DNA of 64,000 nt from Eledone cirrhosa (taxonomy: Eukaryota): NCBI GenBank assembly GCA_964016885.1, contig OZ024741.1, positions 191,828,001 to 191,892,000 on the forward strand, in the 5' to 3' direction. The position numbers and the translations under genes are program-made. This document shows positions 10,962 to 22,879 of the stretch, piece by piece; positions within the stretch are counted from its first letter, which is position 1; each line of letters starts with the position of its first letter. A model generated the notes under the pieces. It saw nothing but the letters and a program-made list of their open reading frames with translations. It made no database searches and was not told where the DNA came from.

Positions 10962-12360
10962 GTGGTTACACAACAGTTAGTTCACCACATCGAGAACAAT
11001 TCTTTCACCTTAGCGGATCCTCAGCTCGTAATGGACATGGTTATACGGAACAGGAAGGACAACCGTGCGAACGCGCATGCGCAGAAACCGTCACTTTACA
11101 CAGGCAATACTAAAATGCGTGCGAGAGGTGTAAGGGAGATAACTGCGAAAGTCCGAAAAGTTTCTAGTTGATAAGAAAATTAGGATGTTGTTGTGATTCA
11201 ATCCGGAGCTTTGTAGTTATGTAAGAGGTGTTTCGAGACGTGTGGACAACGTGTGAATAATTCATTTCTCGTGTTTAGGCAATCACTATTGCATAATCTC
11301 TTTAGAATATTTATTCGTTCATCAATACATAGTCCACACGACGTATTTCACCTTGCGTATGACTTGGACTTAGTGATGGCTTTCCATTGAATGGAGTAGT
11401 CTATACTTGAGTCCTTGAGGGACCATACGTGACTCGCGAGTTTCGTGGATGAACGTCTGTCCGGGTACCTAAAGGTCGACTGGTGGTTCAGGAGGCGTTC
11501 CTTAAATCGGCCCTCCGCGATACCCACATAGGATTTGACCTCCTGTGGTTGATTTGGTCGGTTGGAAGTGACCACAGCTTCATAAATTACAGCGGGTGTG
11601 TTGCATTGCTGTTGAAGGGGACAAGCTTCGGGCTTACAGTAAGAGTACCCTGGTGAGGTGTTGCTCTTAGGGCTGTTGGTGATGTGGGCCTTCGTGTTCT
11701 TAGCGCAGGAGTATCCTAGTTTTACTTTGTATCGGTTAAAGATGGAGCGGTATTTATGACCTATGGGAAAGTGTCTATCTAAGACGGCTAGAAATTTATT
11801 GCCTACATTGGTTTTAACGTTGAGTGAGAAGGGAGGAGAGAACCAGATAGTTTGTCTATTGTTACTCTTTCTTTTCTTATTGCTGTTGTTGATAGTGGGA
11901 GAGTAAGTGATAGGTTGTGAGAAGCTGCTGTTAGCTAACGCCGTGTTATAGTAAGGTGCCGCCCTGTCAAAGATAGCTTTATTAGAGGAGATGTTTGAGA
12001 TTCTAGTACTGATGTTACTTACGAAGTTTCTAAAATCAGTGGCATGAGTCCTTGTGAATGTAATTGAGTTTTTCGTTTAGCCCCATGGAAGGGTCTGTAG
12101 GTGTGTGTGCGAAGGTCTAAATTAATGTCTAAGAAATCTACGCTAGAGAGGTTGGTAGCTACTGTTATCCTAAGTCCTAACTCATTGAAGGTAGAAGCTA
12201 ATTTTTTTTTAAACCGGTCTACGTCGTGGCCGCTTTTATGGCGCGGTAAGGTCAATCCGTCAACGCGGTATATTCCCGTGTGGAAGTCCGGGAATCTAAC
12301 ACGAAATATATCTAAAATACATAGGCCAACCAAGTCGCATACGTCAGCACTGTCAAACTG
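10960..12360 (-). mobile_element. Naiad-type PLE 3' part (decayed ORF, 3' UTR with hammerhead)
   Basis: Reverse complement of 12690-13908 with frameshifts, continuing to a hammerhead at 10991-11028. Confidence 0.9.
10991..11028 (-). ncRNA. Minimal type I hammerhead motif
   Basis: CGAG-CUGAGGA-UCCGCUAAGGU-GAAAG-AAUU-GUU-CUCG. Stem I is CGAG/CUCG, with the same AAUUGUU stem III region as 4174-4288. Confidence 0.65.
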
Positions 12361-12364
12361 GGAC

Positions 12365-13908
12365 TAGTCAGTAAGGCCATACTTAGAAACATAGTTAAGA
12401 CCATTAGGACCAAGTCCAACCTGTCCCAGTGGGAGAACAGCGACTCCGTAATTAAGTGGTTCAACTCCTTCAAATAAAAAAAGCGAAGTTCACACAGTTC
12501 GACATTGTTGATTTTTACCCTGTTAAACAAAGCGTTGGACTTCGCTACCACTTATACCACCGTCGATGGTTTAGACAGGGAAATCATCGCCCACTGCCGG
12601 AAAACCCTCCTCTTCAACGACGGAGTAGTCTGAGCAAAGAAGTCAACAACTTCAGACCTATTCGACGTCTCCATGGGATCGTTTGACAGTGCTGACGTAT
12701 GCGACTTGGTTGGCCTATTTATTTTAGATATATTACGTGTTAGATTCCCGGACTTCCACACGGGAATATACCGCGACGACGGACTGACCTTATCGAGCCA
12801 TAAAAGTGGTCACGACCTCGACCGGTTTAAAAAAGACTTAGCTTCTACCTTCAATGAGTTAGGACTTAGGATAACAGTAGCTACCAACCTCTCTAGCGTA
12901 GATTTCTTAGACATTAATTTAGACCTTCGCACATACACCCACATACCCTTCCATAAGATAAACGAAAAACTCAATTACATTCACAAGGACTCATGCCACC
13001 CTCCCACTGTTTTTAGAAACTTCGTAAATAATATCAGTACTAGAATCTCAAACCTCTCCTCTAATAAGGCTATCTTTGACAGGGCGGCACCTTACTATAA
13101 CACGGCGTTAGCTAACAGCGACTTCTCGCAACCTATCACTTACTCTCCCACTATCAACAACAGCAATAAGAAAAGAAAGCGTATCAATAGACAAACTATT
13201 TGGTTCTCTCCTCCCTTCTCACTCAACGTTAAAACCAATGTAAGCAATACATTTCTAGCCCTCTTAGATAGACACTTTCCCATAGGTCATAAATACCGCC
13301 CCATCTTTAACCGACACAAAGTAAAATTAGGATACTCCTGCGCTAAGAACATGAAGGCCCACATCACCAACAGCTCTAAGAGCAACACCCCACCAGGGTG
13401 CTCTTGCCGTAAGCCCGAAGCTTGTCCCCTTCAACAGCAATGCAACACACCCGCTGTAATTTATGAAGCTGTGGTCACTTCCAACCGACCAAATCAACCA
13501 CAGGAGGTCAAATCCTATGTGGGTATAGCGGAGGGCCGATTTAAGGAACGCTTCCTGAACCACCAGTCGACCTTTAGGTACCCGGACAGATGTTCATCCA
13601 CGAAACTCGCGAGTCACGTATGGTCCCTCAAGGACTCAAGTATAGACTACTCCATTCAATGGAAAGCCATCACTATTCATTGGAAAGCCATCACTAAGTT
13701 CAAGTCATACGCAAGGGGAAATACGTCGTGTGGACTATGTATTGATGAACGAATAAATATTCTAAAGAGATTATGCAATAGTGATTGCCTAAACACGAGA
13801 AATGAATTATTCACACGTTGTCCACACGTCTCGAAACACCTCTTACATAATTACAAAGCTCCGGATTGAATCACACCATCCTAATTTTCTTATCAACTAG
13901 AAACTTTT
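12365..13908 (+). mobile_element. Naiad-type Penelope-like retroelement, 5'-truncated
   Basis: RT remnants QFDIVDFYP, MGSFDSADVCDLVG and GIYRDDGL; linker CSCRKPEACPL..C; GIY-YIG VIYEA..YVG..FKERF.NH; C-terminal CGLC..E..LNTRNE...CPH. Confidence 0.9.
12673..13869 (+). CDS. Open C-terminal 398 aa of PLE RT/GIY-YIG polyprotein (upstream part disrupted)
   Basis: ORF track. An upstream TGA replaces Trp in VW.KK at ~12631. Confidence 0.8.
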   Translation: MGSFDSADVCDLVGLFILDILRVRFPDFHTGIYRDDGLTLSSHKSGHDLDRFKKDLASTFNELGLRITVATNLSSVDFLDINLDLRTYTHIPFHKINEKLNYIHKDSCHPPTVFRNFVNNISTRISNLSSNKAIFDRAAPYYNTALANSDFSQPITYSPTINNSNKKRKRINRQTIWFSPPFSLNVKTNVSNTFLALLDRHFPIGHKYRPIFNRHKVKLGYSCAKNMKAHITNSSKSNTPPGCSCRKPEACPLQQQCNTPAVIYEAVVTSNRPNQPQEVKSYVGIAEGRFKERFLNHQSTFRYPDRCSSTKLASHVWSLKDSSIDYSIQWKAITIHWKAITKFKSYARGNTSCGLCIDERINILKRLCNSDCLNTRNELFTRCPHVSKHLLHNYKAPD

Positions 13909-15110
13909 AGCGTGGGTGGGTACACACACACTTTCACACACACCGAAGCGATGTCCGAGAAAAAAACAAATATAAAAATGTACCAACACAGCACTCACCG
14001 AAAGTTAGTTCACAAAGCAACCGAAGCTATGTCGGTCAAATCTCAATTTGACGATGTAAATTGGAAATATTGGGTTAACCAACGCCCCACACTTATACAC
14101 ACACGCGCGCGCAAGTAAGTTCAGTTCAGTGTTCTGCTATACGTGTATAGATCGAATTGTAACATCCATATCTTCAAGTGTATGTTATGGTATATACACA
14201 TCCGAATCGTCCAAAAAAGAGTATGTCCGGGTATATACACATCCATGTGAAGAGCAAGCAATCAGCTCATGTCGAATTCCTCGTGTACCGCTGTCCCGTT
14301 GAGAATCGGTGTCACCAAATCCGTGCGTGCAATCAACTGCAATGTAGGCCGGAAAAGGGGTCCGTGTAGGGTTGGGTATTGGGTAAATGCGTCCGTAAGT
14401 GCGATTTCCCGTCATATGGGCCAATGAGCTTTTAAGATAGTTGTTTGAGTGTTGGAGGTGTGTTATCCAACACAGAAGGTGAAGTAAGAAAACACAGGAC
14501 AGTAAAATCCAAAGGATGTGTGTAGGCCCATTAATGGTGTGTCAGTATTATTGTTCAATCCGTAACAGTGAGTCCTCAATGGTTAGATGATCACGCATCA
14601 AAACCTGGTGTGGTGTTCAGTCGATAGGAACGTGACAGTCGTAATTGTGGGAGCTCAATGTCTAAAGGAAACGGGTAATGTGTGTAGAGCTATGTATAGA
14701 GAGCGTAATCGGTCCTAACTAAATGTGTAATCAATCTAACTATTTACTAGCTAGGTATTCTAAAAGAGAGCACTCAGCTGTGAGAACTCCGTGGAAACAG
14801 GCCGAGTATCGTTTGCAAGGGTGCAAACAATCTTAGCCGTCTAACTACCTAAGTGTGTGACTGTCCGTTTATTGAGAGAATTCTATGGCTAAAGTAGAGA
14901 GGGGGGGCGGAGTTATTGGTAGGTTACATTCCAAAAATCCTGCGGAAGGTTTTCGAGGTTCTATGTTGACAGTTGCTGAAAAAATCTGCTCTCCTATTAA
15001 TTAATAGGGGGCCGCCTCTAATAATATTAAAAGTTTCAGCTATACATATATTGCTAACATAAAGTTATTGGACCATTTTACACAACCAATAATGCACCTT
15101 ACTATATAAC

Positions 15111-15210
<100 letters not shown>

Positions 15211-16263
15211 TAGCTACAGTACCCGATAAAGGTGGGGTAATTCGCAGTTCCCAGAGTGCACCTGAAAATGCTAGCGACCTTGGGTGCCCATACTGGATTT
15301 TCAATAGCAACCTTTGCTAGGTGTCTTTATGGCAGACCAATCTTTTGTGTGGAACTGTCAATAGCTGTTAAAGTCATAAGTCCTTCTTCCATCTAGCTTT
15401 CTTCATTCAGAGTGAATAAGCTGGGGACGTTTGAGCTCTAAGAGTATCGAACTTATTCAACAAACTTATGTATAAGAATAGCAAACTTACTGCTCAAGAA
15501 CAAACACAGAACAATTAACAATTATTGAAAAAATTATAACCGAGTGAACATATTCAGGTACTGTTCAAGCACCCTGTATATCACCATCTGTAAAGCCCTT
15601 CGAATGACTGAAGCAATTTAATAAAACCATCCCCTTTTCCCCCCTACAATAGACATAACTCAAGAAAACACACCATAATAAGTCGGATAAACAATCAGAA
15701 GTGCTGGCCCTAAAGAGGGCCTTGTAACATTCACTGTTGCAAAGTGTCAATAACGGAGGAGAAGTTACATCTTCTTAATTCGTGTTAATCTTGACACGAT
15801 CCAACACCTCGAAATATCGACAAAATAAACTCTACTCTCAAAGACGGCATGTTACAATTAACATGCTGGGAGTATGAATATTCGCCAACATACGATTTGG
15901 GTTTTATTCTTCGGACTAATCTCATGGCGAGCCAACTTCCAGGTCATTGATCATCACACTTTTTTGTAACTTATCACCGATTCCTGCAGTTGACCTTAAT
16001 GTGACCTAATTTAAAGTGCTCAAAGTTAAAGGAGCTATTTATAAGTAGAAGTGGTATTTAATTTGTTGGAAGTCCGATAAACATAAATGTTTATAACTAA
16101 TTTAGAGCACTCAACAAGTTACTGGAGTATATATTCAATGATATTAAATAAATGGAAACTATATTTATAAAATCATAAGAATTCCATTATTTAGCAATCA
16201 GTTATAATTAAAAGTGCTCCACATTAAAGGAGCTATTTATAAGTAGAAGTGGTATTTAATTTG

Positions 16264-16329
<66 letters not shown>

Positions 16330-16444
16330 ATGTATGTGTGTGTGTGTGTGTGTGTGTGTTTGCAGAAAAGGAAAAATCAACAAATGTCACATCTCAGTGT
16401 GTGTGTGCGTATACATATATATATATCTGTGTGTATATATATAT

Positions 16445-16542
<98 letters not shown>

Positions 16543-17249
16543 GTAATCTGAGTTTTTTTAATATTAATAATAATATTCGATTTGTTTGTAATTATGGAAA
16601 CAGCCTCTTTTATAAGCCATGTCAGTAGAATGAACCCCTCATTTACGCTCTTGTGTTGGCATGCAAACAGAACTGCAGACGCTAATGTTTCTGGATGATT
16701 ACCCTTCACCAGTGCAGTTTACTGCATACCTGCCAACTGTCAGAGCTAGTGAAAATATATGAGAGAAGGTGATGGGTATTTTATGAGTGACTGTGTGTGT
16801 GTGCGTGTTTGGGTATGAGTGCGTGTGTGTGGTAGGGTGGGTGTTAGTATTATTAGTGGGGGGTCAAACATGGAGGTTTTGGGGGGGTTTAGTGGTGGTA
16901 GTGCGGGTGTGAAGTAGGTTGTGTATCGGTGTGTACATTGGTGTGGGTGAGTGTATATATGCTGGTGTGTGTTCGTGTGTGCGTTATGAGGGGGGAAAGT
17001 GGGTTCGGGGGGTTAGTATTATTAGTAGTGGGGTGGTCGAATATGGATGTGTAGGTGGGGGTTAGTGGTGCTAGTAGGGTGTGTGAATAGTGTGAGAGTG
17101 TATATATATATATATATATATATATACTGGTGTGTGTGCGTGTTGAGGGTGTAGGTGCGTGTGTGGTAGGGGAGGGGTGGGGTTTGTTAGTATTATTAGT
17201 GGTGGGGTGGACCAAGAGGAGTGGTGAGTTCAAGCCGGGGTGTGTGGGT

Positions 17250-17600
17250 CTGTTGGGTGAAGATGGTGTGTTGTTCGGTCCTAAGTCGGGCGTCGGGGTC
17301 CGATGGCACTCAATCAGGCCGCAGACCGTTAGGTTGCTGGCGGAGTGTCCAGCGGAACCAAAGTGGCGGGCGATGGAGGAACTCCCATCGAAAGTCTCGG
17401 AGGTGCTCCGTGAACAGATTCGCCAGGCGATATCCGACATAGGTCGCACTGCACTCTGTGCAGAGATGTACATAGGCGATATAGAAATGGCTTCTACGGG
17501 ACTAGAACTGTTTCATTCGGGAGAAATCACCAGGAAGCCGACTGTCCAAGTTATATGGTGGTATTTATATCTTTTCTGGTGGTAAGAGAGGGTGGTGAGT
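17250..17600 (-). pseudogene. PLE GIY-YIG endonuclease relic
   Basis: SSIARHFGSAGHSASNLTVCGL and a frameshifted ..YVGY..R..EHLRD segment, followed by a CA-rich 3' region. Confidence 0.55.
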
Positions 17601-17882
17601 AGGATGGGTGGTGGTCATTGGTTGATGGATTTAAAGAAAAGGGAATTCTTTAAAAACTAATTTTAGAGTAACAAAGGGAGAAAAAATTCTCTAAGACAGA
17701 TTCTCATATGGGGGGGGGGGGGGGGAGAGTCCTGATTTTTATGGTTCACTTAAGCTAACAATGGCTATTCATTGGTAACCCTGCTGAAATGGCCAGGTGC
17801 CTACAATCACACTCGCACACACATACATGCCCTCACTCCCATCACACATATATACACACATATATATACATATATATATATA

Positions 17883-19086
17883 TCTGTATATATATAAAAT
17901 TAAGTGTGTGTGGGGCCTACATCTTACGACCGATTTTCATGAAACTTTATAGGCTCATAGATTAGTCCTCCGGGAGTGTTTTCTATATATCAGCGTATCG
18001 TTTTTTTTTAATTCCGGGGTCATTCTACAGATAAAAATCGATAGGGGGGGGGGGGGTCACCTTTTTTTTAGGTATCGAAAAATAAGTAAGCTCCCACATT
18101 TTGCCACCGATTTCGTTCAAATTTTAAAGCAAAATAGAATTTATCATTGCACATCCTGTAATGGCTTTACATTTTGGAATTTTTGTTCAGGAACGGCGTG
18201 GCAGCCGCTTAAATATTCTAAAATACCACCTTTTAGCTCAAATTTCCGCCTTTTCGGCTCTAGCTCCCACATTTTTCAACCGATTTCGTTCAAATTCGAA
18301 ACTTCGGCTCCACCTCACGCATAAATCAATTTATTTGGTTCAGTTTTTATACTATGATAGAACCTATCATTAGCTCCCACATTTTGCCACCGATTTCGTT
18401 CAAATTTTAAAGCAAAATAGAATTTATCATTGCAAATCCTGTAATGGCTTTACATTTTGGAATTTTTGTTCAGGAACGGCGTGGCAGCCGCTTAAATATT
18501 CTAAAATACCACCTTTTAGCTCAAATTTCCGCCTTTTCGGCTCTAGCTCCCACATTTTTCAACCGATTTCGTTCAAATTCGAAACTTCGGCTCCACCTCA
18601 CACATAAATCAATTTATTTGGTTCAGTTTTTATACTATGATAGAACCTATCATTAGCTCCCACATTTTTCAACCGATTTCGTTCAAATCGAAACTTCGGC
18701 TCCACCTCACACATAAATCCATATATTTGGTTCAACTTTTATACTACGATAGAACCTATCATTGCACATCTTATAGATGTTCAAAGGCAAAACGATGGCC
18801 ACTGACGTCGTCTGAGCTTTTAGTTGTGTATTTGAGAATTCATCGGTTTCCAATCAAGTAGCGTGAGGAAATTTGGCTTAGTGTTAGAGGTCATTACTTC
18901 CCTCCCCCAGCATGCCTCTTCGTCAGTCACCTGCGTTTCTCAGTGATAGAGGTCATCACCACCCTCCCCCGCATGGACTGTGTGTGGCCATAGATGAGTC
19001 ATCGAGAAGCAGTCGCTAAGATCAACACCTTTTCATCAAAGCAGATATTATTTTACATACCCAAGCAACGCTGGGTACTGCTGCTA

Positions 19087-19087
<1 letters not shown>
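17883..19087 (+). mobile_element. Non-autonomous Helitron
   Basis: 5' A|TCTGTATATATATAAAA; 3' hairpin ACCCAAGCAACGCTGGGT followed by CTAG|T. Confidence 0.75.
18088..18765. repeat. 283-bp tandem duplication built from AGCTCCCACATTTT..CCGATTTCGTTCAAAT subunits
   Basis: Identical spurious ORFs at 18161 and 18444 define the period. Confidence 0.9.
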
Positions 19088-19124
<37 letters not shown>

Positions 19125-19222
19125 CTGCTGGGCTAGCAACCTAACAGCTACCTCAAGCACTGATGGTGATTATCGCTAAATATTGATGTTGATTTGACTA
19201 TCAATATTAATGTTATTGGGCA

Positions 19223-19349
19223 CCCACTGAAGAATTATAAGAGCCCTCTTGAATAAGTATCTGTTGATCTTATACAAGCTTCTACATAAATTGGTATAAT
19301 TTCACCTAACTTGTAGGAATCTTATAATGAAACGAGACGTCCGTCTGGG
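19223..19349 (+). ncRNA. Type I hammerhead motif with long stem II
   Basis: CCCA-CUGAAGA-AUUAUAAGA...(~77 nt)...UCUUAUAAU-GAAACG-AGACGUC-CGUC-UGGG. Confidence 0.75.
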
Positions 19350-19519
19350 AAGAGATATATTTGATATATCTCATATGAAATAATACAGCCAATTTTCCAC
19401 ACAATACAATTAGTTAGCACCCCGAACGTTTAATTAGGAATATACTCACTTATTTCCTAATGTTTGTTGAGTGAGTTGGGATTTGGCCGGAGTATCGCTA
19501 TTAGCTTTCTCCGATAATG

Positions 19520-19568
<49 letters not shown>

Positions 19569-19579
19569 ATAATAATAAA

Positions 19580-21190
19580 TTTGAAGACTAAAATCCAAAG
19601 AGGGCTCGATAAGGATAAATATATATCAAATATACCCTAGAACAAATATTTATTAAAATAACAGATTAAAGTTTAAGCAAAGAATCGCTGCTTTCACCCT
19701 TAACGGGATCTTCTGAAACTAAAAAAAATCAATCTGTAAACGCAGAAGTAAATATTTCGAAAAACGTTGCAACCGAAGGAAAAAAAGGAAGACGATACTT
19801 TGGTTCGTGAAGACGTTCGCCGTTTTTGAACGGAAAAAAGCGAAGATAATACGTCATTATGTGGACCGATGAGAACAATTACACACAAAGACAAAACTAC
19901 GTTTATGGTATAAATGAAGTCCTAGACTAATATTCTATTTAGGAAACCGAATGATTCTCGGCTTCAGAGTTAAGAATAATGTAAATAAATTAGTAGAACG
20001 AAAATGACAGAGAAATCAACAATAATTAAATATATACATACACGCAACCATATATGTACATACACATGCATACGCGAAAACACCCGCTATGCATGCATAA
20101 ACAAGCACGTACACATAAACACGCGCACACATACATAAACCTGCGCAACATCTGTACCCGCACACATACGAACGTATACATCAACTACACATAAAAAACA
20201 CATAAAAAAACATAAAAAATATATGTGTGTGCGTGTGTGTATGCATATAATTATATAAACGTATATAAATATACACACATAAATACGTATATAAGGCACG
20301 CACACATATCTACAGGTAAATACACATATGTTCACTAAACGTACGTCAACCAAAACACAAAATACACACTTACCTTACATATGTGCAAACCCGCATACAC
20401 ATACAAACACAAAATACGCATATACACATAACCATATACACATGTACCAATATATATAATATGATATACACACCTATAACAAATACAAGCAAATATACGT
20501 ACGAGAAGTTATACGTACCTTCACAAAACATACGGGTAAGGTATACTTACCTATACAAATAAGTAATGGTATAAACATAAAATATACTTAGCTACCACAT
20601 CAAGACGTAAATTATCCGCGTATTGTTCGTACTATCCGTTAGGGTATAATGTGGGGTTGTAATACAGGAAAGTTTTATGCAATTTATGTTTACAAGCCGA
20701 AATTGCCTCAGATTTTTTGTTCAAGATGTGGTCATTGGTGTAGAGCATTTCCAGGGCTTCAACGGCGCAAAGATCGCATGATATTTTATTTCCGTTATAC
20801 GATCTAGCCTTAGCTAGGATCTCCCAGTGTAACCTATATTGGGTGTGGTTGTCTTTTAGACTCCAGTCATATTCCTTCTTAACGGGTTAAGAAAAGAATG
20901 GGTGTGCATGTAAAGACGCTGCTTGAATCTATTGGCGGTTAACCCTATGTAGGCCCTACGGGACGTGGGTGTTTCGAACTTACATTTGTAGACAATGTTA
21001 CTGGAGAGGCATTTCCCGGATAGAGGGCAGTTAACCCGATTCCTACAATTACAGTTAGTACTAACTACAGGGTTGCACGTCTTCCTACGGCTAGGTAATT
21101 AAGCTAAATTTGAAGCAGTGATGTTATGTGCAAGGTTAGGAGTCGTAGAGTAAGATATTTTAATGGTATTTCTATTAAAAATGTTATTAT
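19580..21190 (-). mobile_element. Another Naiad-type PLE 3' part with a long 3' UTR
   Basis: My translation gives NCNCRNRVNCPLSGKCLSSNIVYKC..AYIGLTANRFKQRLYMH../WSLKD..HWEILAKARSY..SCDLCAVE..ILNKKSE..ACKH. An inverted copy of the ORF end lies at 21195-21268. Confidence 0.85.
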
Positions 21191-22063
21191 ATCGGAGGCA
21201 ATTTCGGCTTGTAAACATAAATTACATAAAACTTTCATGTATTACAGCCCCACATTAAACCCCCAACGGCTGTTCTCAAACTGATCACATCGAACGTAAG
21301 CATGCTAACCTTTTTCCAACCACATCTCATGGTTCAGGATTATACCTCGTTATGCCATGAGGATATTTGTTTACCACGTTTGTAACATGGACTACAATAA
21401 ATGCAAGTTATTTTTGATACTCGTTTTGAGAAACTTGTTATGCTTTCAGTCATTACTTCTTGTAGTGAGAGATAATTCTCACACGGCATGATATTGTATG
21501 AAAATTCTCCTATCTCATATTTCTATTAAATTTAGTAGTTGGGATTCAGTGGTACTTACTGGAGTAAGTAACCCTGGGACCAGCTCACTAAAAATGGTGA
21601 CCCCGAATACGCAGCAAAACAAATTCATTCATTCAACAGCGTATAAAAGTAGTGACAAATATTTTCATACACTATTACAACTTATTGCTACACAAATATT
21701 GCTAAACAACTCCACTAAAATGGTAAACCCAGCAGCTACACAGCAAAAAAAAAAATTATTCACGACTCCAGGAAATTCGTTTTATTTCAGTCAGTTCGTG
21801 TGGGGCGAACAAAAGAATAGAAAACAAAATTTTTGTCCCTCGTGTCGTCGATTCAACCAAGCTTTCGTTTTGAAGTCGCCATCTTACTTGTTCGGTGTTA
21901 CATCTTACTTCAGCTATTCATGGTACCACCACGTGTGCATATAATTTTGAAAATACAGGTAATTTTTCCTTTCAAATATGTTGCCGTTGGCGGGTTCATG
22001 AAAGTTAAACCATGTGTGCGGCAGTTGGAAAAAAATTTTCGCTCAGCGGCTACTGTGTTCTTC

Positions 22064-22828
22064 ATGAGCAATTCTTCATTACTGACATATTTTGGTGATG
22101 CAAAGTTGTGGTTTGCACAACTGGACTCGTATTTTGCTGCCCACGGCGTTCAAGCGGCACAACAAAGATTACACGTGCTCATAAGTGGAATTCCTGCATC
22201 GCTCACAACCTCAGTGAAAGACATAATCACAGATCCCCCACAAGGCACATCTTACGAAACCCTAAAGGCAGAAGTGCTCAGATGGAACAGCCGTTCGTCT
22301 GAGAGCAAATTTCGTTCCTTGTTGGAGGAGGAAAACCTGGGAGATAGAACCCCGTCTCAGTTTTTATGGCGCATCCGGGAACTGAGCGACTCAACAGCAG
22401 AGGACAACTCTTTCGTGAAATAATTATTCCTCTCCCGTTTGCCAACAAATGTGCAGACCATATTGGCAAATATGGTCGACACCAGTTCTCTAGACCAAAT
22501 TGCAGCCTTGGCGGATCGCATAATGGAATTTTCTCGTGTGCCTACTTCGGCAGATTCCCTCATCGCTTCTTCTACCTTTAAAACACAGCCTGCTTCACCC
22601 CGTGAGGACTCTATGCTGAGGGCCATTGATGTGTTAACTCGTCAAGTGGTTAAACTGTGTCGTGAGCGAACACCATCCAAGTGGCGTTCACGGAATCGGT
22701 CTCCTTCTCTTCATCGTCGCGCCAACCTACCCGCCAACAACTCGTCTTTGTGTAGATATCACGTGCGTTTTCGTGAAAAGGCGAAACATTGTATTCAGCC
22801 CTGCTGTTTCGAGACCTCGGAAAACTAA
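22064..22828 (+). pseudogene. Gypsy gag with an in-frame stop at 22421-22423
   Basis: LWFAQL, Y.TLK..L, LGDRTPSQFL and C-terminal CRYH.RF..KA.HC..PC. Ends in the slippery GGAAAAC-TAA. Confidence 0.85.
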
Positions 22829-22879
22829 AATTGGAGAGTCTGGGCACGGCAGACCTCTCCCTCATTAATTCTCCTTATC

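Noticed and set aside
12631-12633. In-frame TGA in the Naiad as possible selenocysteine
   Set aside because: It sits at a Trp position (VW.KK), the Cys motifs use normal Cys codons, and no SECIS was seen.
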